The position numbers and the translations under genes are program-made. DNA of 64,000 nt from an uncultured Ignavibacteriaceae bacterium (lineage in GTDB: Bacteria; Bacteroidota; Ignavibacteria; Ignavibacteriales; Ignavibacteriaceae): contig CAVQOL010000014.1 of NCBI GenBank assembly GCA_963714415.1, positions 10,223-74,222 of the forward strand, given 5' to 3'. The notes below the pieces were generated by a model, which saw only the letters and a list, made by a program, of their open reading frames with translations, ran no database searches and was not told the DNA's origin. Position 1 is the first letter of the stretch. Each line of letters begins with the position of its first letter. Shown piece by piece: positions 54,558 through 63,045 of this stretch.

Positions 54558-55193
54558 ATGCCCAAAAATTTTGTATCTAATAAAGATGAAACTATAAGGA
54601 TGTTTAATAATAATTTTTTTGAAGCTTTATCCCGGGTGCATCCGTCAGTTCCTTTGATAATTTATGTTCCTGTAATATTCTATATGCTCTATCTTTCAAT
54701 ATGGCAGCACCAGCTTTCAGCATTGAATATAATAACGCTAATTATATTAGGAATATTTATCTGGACAATTACAGAATATATGCTTCACAGATTTGTATTT
54801 CACTTCCAACCAAAAAGTAAAATTGGAGAAAGGTTGCATTTCATTTTTCATGGTGTTCATCATGATTATCCTAGTGATTCAAGAAGACTTGTAATGCCGC
54901 CTTCGGCAAGTATTCCGCTTGCTTTATTATTCTATTTTTTGTTTGTTCTAATACTAGGCGATGTACTTGTATTTCCGTTCTTTGCTGGCTTTCTTGCCGG
55001 TTATTTATTTTATGATATAACACATTTTGCAATTCATCATTTTAATATGCACAGTAAATTTTGGTTAGCAATTAAGAACCATCATATGAAACATCATTAT
55101 CAGGATCCCAGTAAAGGTTTCGGTGTCAGCACTCCATTTTGGGATGCAGTGATAGGAACTAATTTTGCACCGAATAAGTTTCAAGTCAAGTAA
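54558..55193 (+). CDS. Fatty acid hydroxylase / sterol desaturase superfamily membrane protein
   Basis: His boxes HRFVFH, HGVHHDY, HHFNMH and HHMKHHY, with four TM segments. Confidence 0.8.
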   Translation: MPKNFVSNKDETIRMFNNNFFEALSRVHPSVPLIIYVPVIFYMLYLSIWQHQLSALNIITLIILGIFIWTITEYMLHRFVFHFQPKSKIGERLHFIFHGVHHDYPSDSRRLVMPPSASIPLALLFYFLFVLILGDVLVFPFFAGFLAGYLFYDITHFAIHHFNMHSKFWLAIKNHHMKHHYQDPSKGFGVSTPFWDAVIGTNFAPNKFQVK

Positions 55194-55203
55194 AAAAGTA
55201 AAA

Positions 55204-56853
55204 ATGAATTCTACAAAGGGTCTTAATATTGCTTTCATTTTGTTTCTTATTTTTAGTTGCCAGGCTGCTGATCAGAATAAAATATTTATCAGACTGAATC
55301 AGGTTGGTTTCCTTCCCAATGATATTAAAACAGCAGTAGTAATTTCTAAAAAGCCAATTCAATCGAATGAGTTTTTCATAAGAAATTTTCTTGACAATGA
55401 AAAAGTATATGAAATGTTACTACCTAAAAACTTTTTTTCATATGGCAATTTTAATTATTGCTTAGAAATTGATTTTTCTAAATTTCAGAATGAAGGAAAG
55501 TATTATTTAGAAATTGATAATCAAAAATCCTATGTGTTTCAAATAGGTGAAAATATTTTTAACAGTGTGAGAGACTCTCTCAGCATATTTTTTAAGGTTC
55601 AGCGCTGTGGACCAACTAATCCGTTGCTTCACGAGCCCTGCCATCTTTCGGATGTAGCTTTTGTTCTCGGTCAGTCGGATTCATCAATGATTGATGTTAC
55701 CGGTGGTTGGCACGATGCGGGTGATTATCTAAAATTTTTCTCAACTGCTGCTTATACAACATATCTTTTGCTTTTCAGTTACGAGTTTGATCAAAATAAA
55801 TTCAATTATGACCTTGACAATAATCAAGTGCCAGATATTCTCGAGGAAGCAAGAGTTGGATTGGACTGGTTATTACGATGCAGATTTAAAGAGGATCTCT
55901 TTATAACGCAGGTACAGGATATTTCTGATCACAAGGTCGGTTGGCGTTTGCCTGAAAATGATACCTTACGATATAACAGACCCGGTTATGCAGGAATAGG
56001 TAAAAATCAAATTGGAATTTTTACTGCCGTAATGTCCCTTGCATCAAGAATATGGAGTGAAAGGTTCTATGATTATGAATTTGCAAATAAATTACTTAAG
56101 TCAGCAACAGAAGTTTATTCATTAATAAATACTGTTCCTGATATCGATAACACACAATCAGGTTTTTATCAGGATTTCGATCATTGGGGAAAACTTTCAC
56201 TTGGAGCCATAGAATTATTTCTATCAACAAAAGAAAAAAAATATTATAACGATGCACTTAATTTTGCCGATAGTGCAAAGTCTGATTTCTGGTGGAGTTG
56301 GGGAAATATGAATTCATTAGCTTATTATAAGATTGCAAAATATGATTCTAACTATATTTCACGTATCAAGAGAAACCTTGATTATAATAAAAAAAAATCC
56401 AGTCAATCATTATTTAGAGAAGCTGCTGATTATACCTGGGGAAGTACAAATTCGTTTCTTGGTGCCGCTCTTCAAGCAATTCTTTATAAAGAGGTGACTG
56501 GAAAAAATGATTATGACTCGTTGATGATTTTTCAAAGGGATTATATTCTTGGTAGAAATCCTTGGGGAATATCTTTCATATATAATGTTGGGACTACATT
56601 TTCAAAAAATTTGCACTCTCAGATAGGATATTTTAACAATAGCTATTTGCCCGGTGCTTTAAGTTCTGGTCCATCTCCCGCTAAAATTTTGGAAAAATAT
56701 CCAATAGAGCGAACTGACAGTTCGACAAATTTATTTAACACTGATTCTGTAAAATACTTTGATGATTTTAACGATTTTATAACAAACGAACCAACAATTG
56801 GAAGCAACGCAACAGCCTTATTTGTATTTGGTTTTTTCTCAAAAAGTAACTGA
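55204..56853 (+). CDS. Glycoside hydrolase family 9 (endoglucanase-like) lipoprotein
   Basis: Lipobox LIFSCQ, an Ig-like N-domain, GGWHDAGDYLKF, DWLLRC and C-terminal NEPTIGSNATA. The ATG at 55204 is preferred over the ORF-track start at 55165. Confidence 0.82.
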   Translation: MNSTKGLNIAFILFLIFSCQAADQNKIFIRLNQVGFLPNDIKTAVVISKKPIQSNEFFIRNFLDNEKVYEMLLPKNFFSYGNFNYCLEIDFSKFQNEGKYYLEIDNQKSYVFQIGENIFNSVRDSLSIFFKVQRCGPTNPLLHEPCHLSDVAFVLGQSDSSMIDVTGGWHDAGDYLKFFSTAAYTTYLLLFSYEFDQNKFNYDLDNNQVPDILEEARVGLDWLLRCRFKEDLFITQVQDISDHKVGWRLPENDTLRYNRPGYAGIGKNQIGIFTAVMSLASRIWSERFYDYEFANKLLKSATEVYSLINTVPDIDNTQSGFYQDFDHWGKLSLGAIELFLSTKEKKYYNDALNFADSAKSDFWWSWGNMNSLAYYKIAKYDSNYISRIKRNLDYNKKKSSQSLFREAADYTWGSTNSFLGAALQAILYKEVTGKNDYDSLMIFQRDYILGRNPWGISFIYNVGTTFSKNLHSQIGYFNNSYLPGALSSGPSPAKILEKYPIERTDSSTNLFNTDSVKYFDDFNDFITNEPTIGSNATALFVFGFFSKSN

Positions 56854-57039
56854 AAATAATAAAATTGTAGGATATTTACTGACGAGCTCAACTTTTGCCA
56901 TGTAGCAATTTAATACACGATTTATTCGTTTGTCTCCATTTAGTAATCAATTAGCTCATCTTCTTCAAATTTTGGCATTTTGGGTAACATTTCTACGGTA
57001 TGAAAATTGGGAAAAGAATAGTAAACTATTTCGAAAATC

Positions 57040-58278
57040 ATGAAAAAAAGTATCCAGTTGGTGCCATCCGGCATCTCAATAGCGGACAATGCCTGGGGTG
57101 GTTTTTACAGAGGAGGGACTTATCTTTTAATTGGACCTAGAAAATCAGGAAAAACACTATTAAGCCTACAATTTGCTTTAGAGTGTGCCAAACAAAAAGA
57201 AGTCTGCCTTTATTTCACCAACATGCGTCCCAAAGACTTGATGATTCAAGCTGCGTCAATTGATTTTGATTTGCAGCACTATATGAATCAGAATTTAATT
57301 ATTGTAGTTAAAGTTGCTCCTCCGGCTGATTTAGCCGATTATAAAAATCGTGACGAACTTCTTATTGAATATCTTAAAGATATTGTAACCGTTGTTGAGC
57401 AGTATCAACCATGCAAATTGGTTTTTGATGAACTAACTCCTTTTATCGGTTTTGAAAATCTTTCTTTGCTTGAAGAAACATTTCTTGAAACTACTGAAAA
57501 AATTGAAGACTCCGGAATTACCAGTCTGTTTGTTCTAGGTGAACCGGCTGTTCCAAGTTCAAGATTAATTCTTGATTCGGTTAATTTAGCTGCAACAGGG
57601 ATTGTTCATCTTCAAAAGCAAACCGATACTTACGATAGGACCAAAGGTGGAATAATTAGTATTTCACCAAACATTGGTCACACCGAAGGAAAATTTAAAG
57701 CCAACTATTATATAGAGGCTTATAAAGGAATAACAACCGATTTTCAACCTGTAAAACGAAAAACCTTAACCGGAGAAAGATTTACATCGCTTGAAGATGA
57801 TAAATTCAAATCACTTTCAGAAATTGATATTCCTCCCGTTAATTATTCTTTATCTAATTTCTATAGTATTGATGACTTTATATTAATTCTAAATAATCAA
57901 ATAGCACTTTTTAAAAGTACAGGTCAAACTTTTCGCCTAATTGCTATTAAATATGCTGATGATTTAGAAAGGACAGGCTTGCTGTCTGTAAATCAACTTC
58001 AAAATGCATTAAGGCTTGCTATTGACAAGAAGGATAAGATTTGTATTTGTGAAAATAAAATATTGATACTTATAACAAAAGATGACCAGAGAAATGTCAC
58101 TAATTTTATTTCGCGTTTTAAATATAATCTTCCGGTTTTGGATGAAGATCAATTATTTGAAATAATGCGGAGAGTTTTTGTTTACACATCAAAAGTAAAT
58201 GAAGAAACACGTAATGCTGATGATCTCTTACAAAAATTAATCTCTGGAAAAAATTTTAATAGAAATTCGTACGATTAA
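57040..58278 (+). CDS. RecA/KaiC-like ATPase domain fused to a GGDEF-like (non-GGDEF) C-terminal domain; putative EPS regulator
   Basis: VPSGISIADNAWGGFYRGGTYLLIGPRKSGKTLLSLQFALE (Walker A GPRKSGKT), KLVFDELT (Walker B-like) and GIVHLQ. The C-terminal ~170 aa have a GGDEF-domain-like beta-alpha layout (FRLIAIKYADD...ALRLAIDKKDKICICENKILILITKDD) with no GGDEF motif. Confidence 0.6.
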   Translation: MKKSIQLVPSGISIADNAWGGFYRGGTYLLIGPRKSGKTLLSLQFALECAKQKEVCLYFTNMRPKDLMIQAASIDFDLQHYMNQNLIIVVKVAPPADLADYKNRDELLIEYLKDIVTVVEQYQPCKLVFDELTPFIGFENLSLLEETFLETTEKIEDSGITSLFVLGEPAVPSSRLILDSVNLAATGIVHLQKQTDTYDRTKGGIISISPNIGHTEGKFKANYYIEAYKGITTDFQPVKRKTLTGERFTSLEDDKFKSLSEIDIPPVNYSLSNFYSIDDFILILNNQIALFKSTGQTFRLIAIKYADDLERTGLLSVNQLQNALRLAIDKKDKICICENKILILITKDDQRNVTNFISRFKYNLPVLDEDQLFEIMRRVFVYTSKVNEETRNADDLLQKLISGKNFNRNSYD

Positions 58279-58292
58279 CATCAGGTTATAGG

Positions 58293-61142
58293 ATGAAGAC
58301 AATTAATACTCTGCTAGTTGGGCTTCTCCTATTTACTTCTTTAGTCTTTCCTCAAAATGGCACTGAAGAACTTAAACTCGAAGCCAACCAACTCATAAAC
58401 ATGGGAAGATATGGTGAAGCTATTGATTTGCTGAATCGTTTCATAGCTGAAAATCCCCAGAACATAGAAGGATTTTTACTACGCGGAACTTGCTATGAAA
58501 AAAGAGGTGAGTTTGAGTTTGCAGTTTACGATTACAAAACAGCAAAAAAAATCTCTCCGGCAAATATTGAAGTTAATAACAAACTGAATTCAGCAGTTGA
58601 ATCGTGGAATATACTTCTCTATAATAAAATTGAAGGACATCAGAGAGAAATTGCCATTCACCCGGATCGTGCAATTAATTATCTGGAAATCGGAATATGT
58701 TATAAAAATCTTGGTGAGTGGAAAGAAGCTGAGATTTGGTATGATGAGTATCTGAAAAGAGAAGAAGCATCTGCTGACGAAGTTTTAAGATATGCTGAAA
58801 TACTTGCTAAGAATAATCAACTAAAAAAGGGCGAGGAGATATTAAAAAAATATTCCGTAAAAAATTCTGATGATCACAGAATCTGGTCTCGCTATGGTTA
58901 TTTTCTTTACTGGTTGGGTAAAAGACGATTAGCCGTAAATGCTTTTGAACAATCACTGACTATTAGACCATTCTTTAAAGAAGCTCTAGATGGTTTAGAT
59001 TTGGCTAAAGGCAGAGGTTATGTTTATACAACAAATGATACAACTAAAAGATATTCTTACGGCATAGCATCCGGAGTTCCGGAGTATATTATCGACAAGC
59101 TTTACAGAAAAATTAAAAATGATCCCAAAGATGATAATACAAGATTTAAGTTAATTGACGAACTTGTTAAAGTTCAACGATTTGAAGAAGCTTATGAACA
59201 ACTAAGATTTTTATCAGACAAGTATTCTGATTCAGAAGATTTTAAAAATCTGTATTCCATAGTTTTAGAAAACCGGGATGCATATTATAAAAATAAGATT
59301 GACGAATATCACGCTAAGTTGCTTTCTGATCCAAACAATGTTGAAGTTTTATTACAATTGGCTAAATATTATTCATATCAGAATGAATACATTTCTTCTA
59401 AGGAAATGTATGAACGTTATTTGAAATTGAAGCCTGAAGATCTGGATGCGAGATTTAATTATGCACAATTGCTATCGTGGAATGATGAACTTTCTCTTGC
59501 TAAAGATGAGGCTGATGTGCTTTTAACAAAAAATCCAGAAAAAACTGAATACCAATTATTAAAAGCTAACATTGGATTCTGGATGGATGAAAATCTTGAC
59601 CAGTCAAAACTGCTATACGAAAAAGTAATTGGAAATCAGCCTGATAATAAAGAAGCCTTGTTTGGATTGGCATATCTTAGTTTGCGTATTAATAAAATTA
59701 AAGATGCAGAAAAATACTATGCAACATTATTAAAAGATGAGAGTATTTCTTCAAAGGAATTAAAAGAATTGTCATTAAGCATTGAGCTTAATAAACAAAG
59801 AATAAAAGATGAAGAGTTGTATGCTTATTTAGAGAGTGCAAGAAAATATGCCTATGAGAATATTTGCGATAGTGCTATAACAAATTTTGAAAAATATTTT
59901 GAAAAGGGCGGAACAAATAAAAATATTTATTTCGAATTAGCTAATGGATATCAATGTATTGGGAATTATGATAAAGCGATAAGTATTTATGACGATTTAA
60001 TTGCCTCGGGCTTTAATGATTACGAAACAAAAAAACAAAGAGCAAAAATAATTTTCTGGAGCGGTGATTCGTTAAATGCTTTACGGGAGTTCAGGAAATT
60101 AGTATCTGAAAATCCTGAAGATGCAGAATCGAAGTTATATCTGGGCGACAGTTATGTTAAGCTAAAACAATATCAGAGTGCCAGAGAAATTTATCAGGAA
60201 ATGCTTAAGGAATCCCCGGAATCACATATTATCAAAACTCGTATGAGGTGGTTGGGTAGTGAAGGGATAGATACTTTTTCATTCGATACTTTTCCGACTT
60301 ACATTTTAGTAATACCTCAGGGAAATTATTTTACTGACAACACAAAGTTTAAGTACAATCTAGTTGGTCTGGGTTTAGAATTAGGAGCAACAAATTATTT
60401 ATCATTAGGAATTTCAGGTTACCGTGGAACTTTGTCATCTGAATTCAATAAATTAAATTTTAACAATCTAAAAGGTTCATTACATATAAGATTTAATGAA
60501 TTTACAAGAGCTTACGTTTCGTTTGGACAAACATACTTTGTGAATAATCGTAGTGAAAATATTATTGAAGCTGCAATGTTCTTTCACAAGAAAGACATCT
60601 ATAGTGCATCAATTTTCTATAATAATATGGATGCTGCATTTATTTTGTATTCACCATTTTTAGTGATAAACAGATTTACTGCAGAACACTTAGGTTTTAA
60701 CGGCAATTATAATTTCAGGAGCGGATTGCTTATTTCAGGTAAATATGCTTTTATAAATGTTTCTGACGATAATGAAGGTAATCAATTTGAATTCAGATTG
60801 GGCAAAAAATTTCAAAAGGATATTAAAGCCGGGTATGAGTATTATTACTATACGTTTTCGGATTCATCTTTTTTATACTGGAGTCCTGAAAATTTTGAAT
60901 CACATTCTATTTGGGCAGACTTCAACCTAGTTAATGATGATGAAACAACTATTAATCTTGGAGGCAAACTCGGACTGATACCTGAAAACGATTATTTACT
61001 TAGAGAATTTTATGCAGAAGTAAAGTATATGCTGGTTCCGAATTTTAATTTACAAGCTAGATTTGTTTCCGGAAGCAGCTCAAGATCGGGAATAGGTTAT
61101 AATTCAACTTCTATTCAATTGAATGCATTTTGGACATTATAA
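58293..61142 (+). CDS. TPR-repeat plus C-terminal beta-barrel outer-membrane protein (PgaA/PelB/BcsC-like EPS porin)
   Basis: Signal peptide, ~640 aa of TPR-like repeats, then ~300 aa of alternating beta-strand sequence ending ...IQLNAFWTL. Confidence 0.7.
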   Translation: MKTINTLLVGLLLFTSLVFPQNGTEELKLEANQLINMGRYGEAIDLLNRFIAENPQNIEGFLLRGTCYEKRGEFEFAVYDYKTAKKISPANIEVNNKLNSAVESWNILLYNKIEGHQREIAIHPDRAINYLEIGICYKNLGEWKEAEIWYDEYLKREEASADEVLRYAEILAKNNQLKKGEEILKKYSVKNSDDHRIWSRYGYFLYWLGKRRLAVNAFEQSLTIRPFFKEALDGLDLAKGRGYVYTTNDTTKRYSYGIASGVPEYIIDKLYRKIKNDPKDDNTRFKLIDELVKVQRFEEAYEQLRFLSDKYSDSEDFKNLYSIVLENRDAYYKNKIDEYHAKLLSDPNNVEVLLQLAKYYSYQNEYISSKEMYERYLKLKPEDLDARFNYAQLLSWNDELSLAKDEADVLLTKNPEKTEYQLLKANIGFWMDENLDQSKLLYEKVIGNQPDNKEALFGLAYLSLRINKIKDAEKYYATLLKDESISSKELKELSLSIELNKQRIKDEELYAYLESARKYAYENICDSAITNFEKYFEKGGTNKNIYFELANGYQCIGNYDKAISIYDDLIASGFNDYETKKQRAKIIFWSGDSLNALREFRKLVSENPEDAESKLYLGDSYVKLKQYQSAREIYQEMLKESPESHIIKTRMRWLGSEGIDTFSFDTFPTYILVIPQGNYFTDNTKFKYNLVGLGLELGATNYLSLGISGYRGTLSSEFNKLNFNNLKGSLHIRFNEFTRAYVSFGQTYFVNNRSENIIEAAMFFHKKDIYSASIFYNNMDAAFILYSPFLVINRFTAEHLGFNGNYNFRSGLLISGKYAFINVSDDNEGNQFEFRLGKKFQKDIKAGYEYYYYTFSDSSFLYWSPENFESHSIWADFNLVNDDETTINLGGKLGLIPENDYLLREFYAEVKYMLVPNFNLQARFVSGSSSRSGIGYNSTSIQLNAFWTL

Positions 61143-61160
61143 TTATTTTTGTTTATTGAT

Positions 61161-62555
61161 ATGAATGTTAATCCTAACATAAAAAAAAGTTTATTTACTA
61201 TTGAAAGCAAGGATGAAACCCGTGCAACTGAAAATCCAGAACAAAAATATCTTCGCAGGATTTTAGTCAGCGGTATATCTTCTTTGATTTTAATTCTGAT
61301 AATTGTTTACACATTACCTCACACAATTCTATCGGTAAATTCATTAATTGAATATGCAGTAATAGTTGCATTAGTAATTTTCTTATTCATTTTATTGATT
61401 CGTTATTTTACAATTTTAATATTCGCTTATTTCTATTTGAATGAATATACATTCAAAAAGAATGGAGATTTTTCGCCTTTCGTTTCAGTGATCATTCCCG
61501 TTTTTAACGAAGAAAAAGTTATACGACAGACAATTAAATCGTTGCTTAATTTGGATTATTCAAACTATGAAATAATTATTGTTAACGACGGTTCAACTGA
61601 TAAAACAAAGTCAGTTGCTGAATCTCTTGTTGGAAATCATCCAGGAGTTCATAGTAAAATAAAAGTATCACTTATAAATCAATCCAACAGTGGTAAAGCC
61701 AGAGCTTTAAATGCAGGTATCCAATATTCTAAAGCCGATTTTGTTCTTTGTATGGATGGTGATTCACAGCTTTCTCCTGATTCCCTGAAGTCTGCTGCCA
61801 GGCATTTTTCTAATCCTAAAATTGGAGCCGTGGCAGGCAACGTAAAAGTCTTGAACAGGCGAAAGTTTTTTACTGATCTTCAAGCCCTTGAATATATCGA
61901 AGGTTTGAATATGGCTCGGAGTGCTCAAAGTTTCATAAGATTAGTTAATATTATTCCCGGACCTATTGGCGTATTCAGAAAAAAAGCTATTGAAGATGCC
62001 GGGTATTACTCAAGTGATACTTTTGCAGAAGATGCCGACCTTACTGTAAAAATTATTGCCTCAGGTTGGAAAATATATTATGAACCAAATTCAATTTCTT
62101 ATACTGAAGCTCCAAGCACATTACAGCAGCTGTTAAAACAAAGATATCGCTGGACAAGGGGTATTCTTCAATCGCTGAGAAAACACAAAAGATTACTGAT
62201 CAATCCAACTATAAATTTTGGTCACACGTTTATTTTATGGTCAATGTTTTACGAAGCTTTAGTTTGGCCTGCTATGAATATAGCGGCAAATGTTTTCTTT
62301 ATAACTGCTGCATTAATATTTGGATTTACCCAATTGATTTTTTTCTGGTGGGCTGGTTTAGCTTTACTAGATTTAGTAACTGCTCTTTATTGTGTTGCTG
62401 TTGAGAAAGAAGAGTTCAGATTAATTTGGTATGCAATTATTTACAGAATGTTTTTCATTCTTATAATTGATATTTGTAAAGCTATGTCAACCATAGAAGA
62501 ATTTCTGGGAATAAGAATGACCTGGGGTAAATTAGAAAGAGTGGGCTCAGTTTAA
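61161..62555 (+). CDS. Processive family 2 glycosyltransferase (PgaC/IcaA/NodC-like polysaccharide synthase)
   Basis: VSVIIPVFNEE, IIIVNDGSTD, LCMDGDSQL, FAEDADLT and the QxxRW motif QRYRWTRG. TM helices flank the catalytic domain. Confidence 0.85.
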   Translation: MNVNPNIKKSLFTIESKDETRATENPEQKYLRRILVSGISSLILILIIVYTLPHTILSVNSLIEYAVIVALVIFLFILLIRYFTILIFAYFYLNEYTFKKNGDFSPFVSVIIPVFNEEKVIRQTIKSLLNLDYSNYEIIIVNDGSTDKTKSVAESLVGNHPGVHSKIKVSLINQSNSGKARALNAGIQYSKADFVLCMDGDSQLSPDSLKSAARHFSNPKIGAVAGNVKVLNRRKFFTDLQALEYIEGLNMARSAQSFIRLVNIIPGPIGVFRKKAIEDAGYYSSDTFAEDADLTVKIIASGWKIYYEPNSISYTEAPSTLQQLLKQRYRWTRGILQSLRKHKRLLINPTINFGHTFILWSMFYEALVWPAMNIAANVFFITAALIFGFTQLIFFWWAGLALLDLVTALYCVAVEKEEFRLIWYAIIYRMFFILIIDICKAMSTIEEFLGIRMTWGKLERVGSV

Positions 62556-62601
62556 TATTAAATTAGATATTTATTAAAAGGTAATTCATAGAGGTTAAAT
62601 A

Positions 62602-63045
62602 ATGGAATTAATTCCAATCTTATCAACAATAATTCTTGTTGCAACAATAAGCACTTTTATTCTTTCAATTGGTGCATATATCCTTTATAAAATAAGGGAA
62701 AAGAAGACAGTATCCAGTATGAGAACTGTGCCGCGAACTTTGCAAGCAGAACTCGTGGTTCCTGCTGATGTAATTCCTAGTCGGTTAACTGCACAGGAAA
62801 CTAAACCATCTCAATATCAGAGTCCTTATACAGTACAGAAACCTGCATCTTCTTTTACAGGTATCAAGCAGCCAGTTATTTTGCAGGAACCTAGAAAAAT
62901 TTCAGTGGAAGAAAATAAAAAAGTTTATGAACCTCGTCAGGCTTATACGAGAAAAACAACTGAAACTAAGTTCTTAAAGTATACTTCCGAGGGTTATGTG
63001 CCAACAGAGGAAGATAAAGCAGCAGGAGCACTTAAATGGCGTTAA
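62602..63045 (+). CDS. Single-pass membrane protein with a disordered cytoplasmic tail (positional analogue of PgaD)
   Basis: N-terminal TM (IPILSTIILVATISTFILSIGAYILY), then a P/Q/T/K-rich tail with no motif. Confidence 0.45.
   Translation: MELIPILSTIILVATISTFILSIGAYILYKIREKKTVSSMRTVPRTLQAELVVPADVIPSRLTAQETKPSQYQSPYTVQKPASSFTGIKQPVILQEPRKISVEENKKVYEPRQAYTRKTTETKFLKYTSEGYVPTEEDKAAGALKWR

Noticed and set aside
56973-56978. TGGCAT upstream of the EPS operon as a sigma-54 -24 element.
   Set aside because: There is no TTGC-type -12 element at the required spacing.
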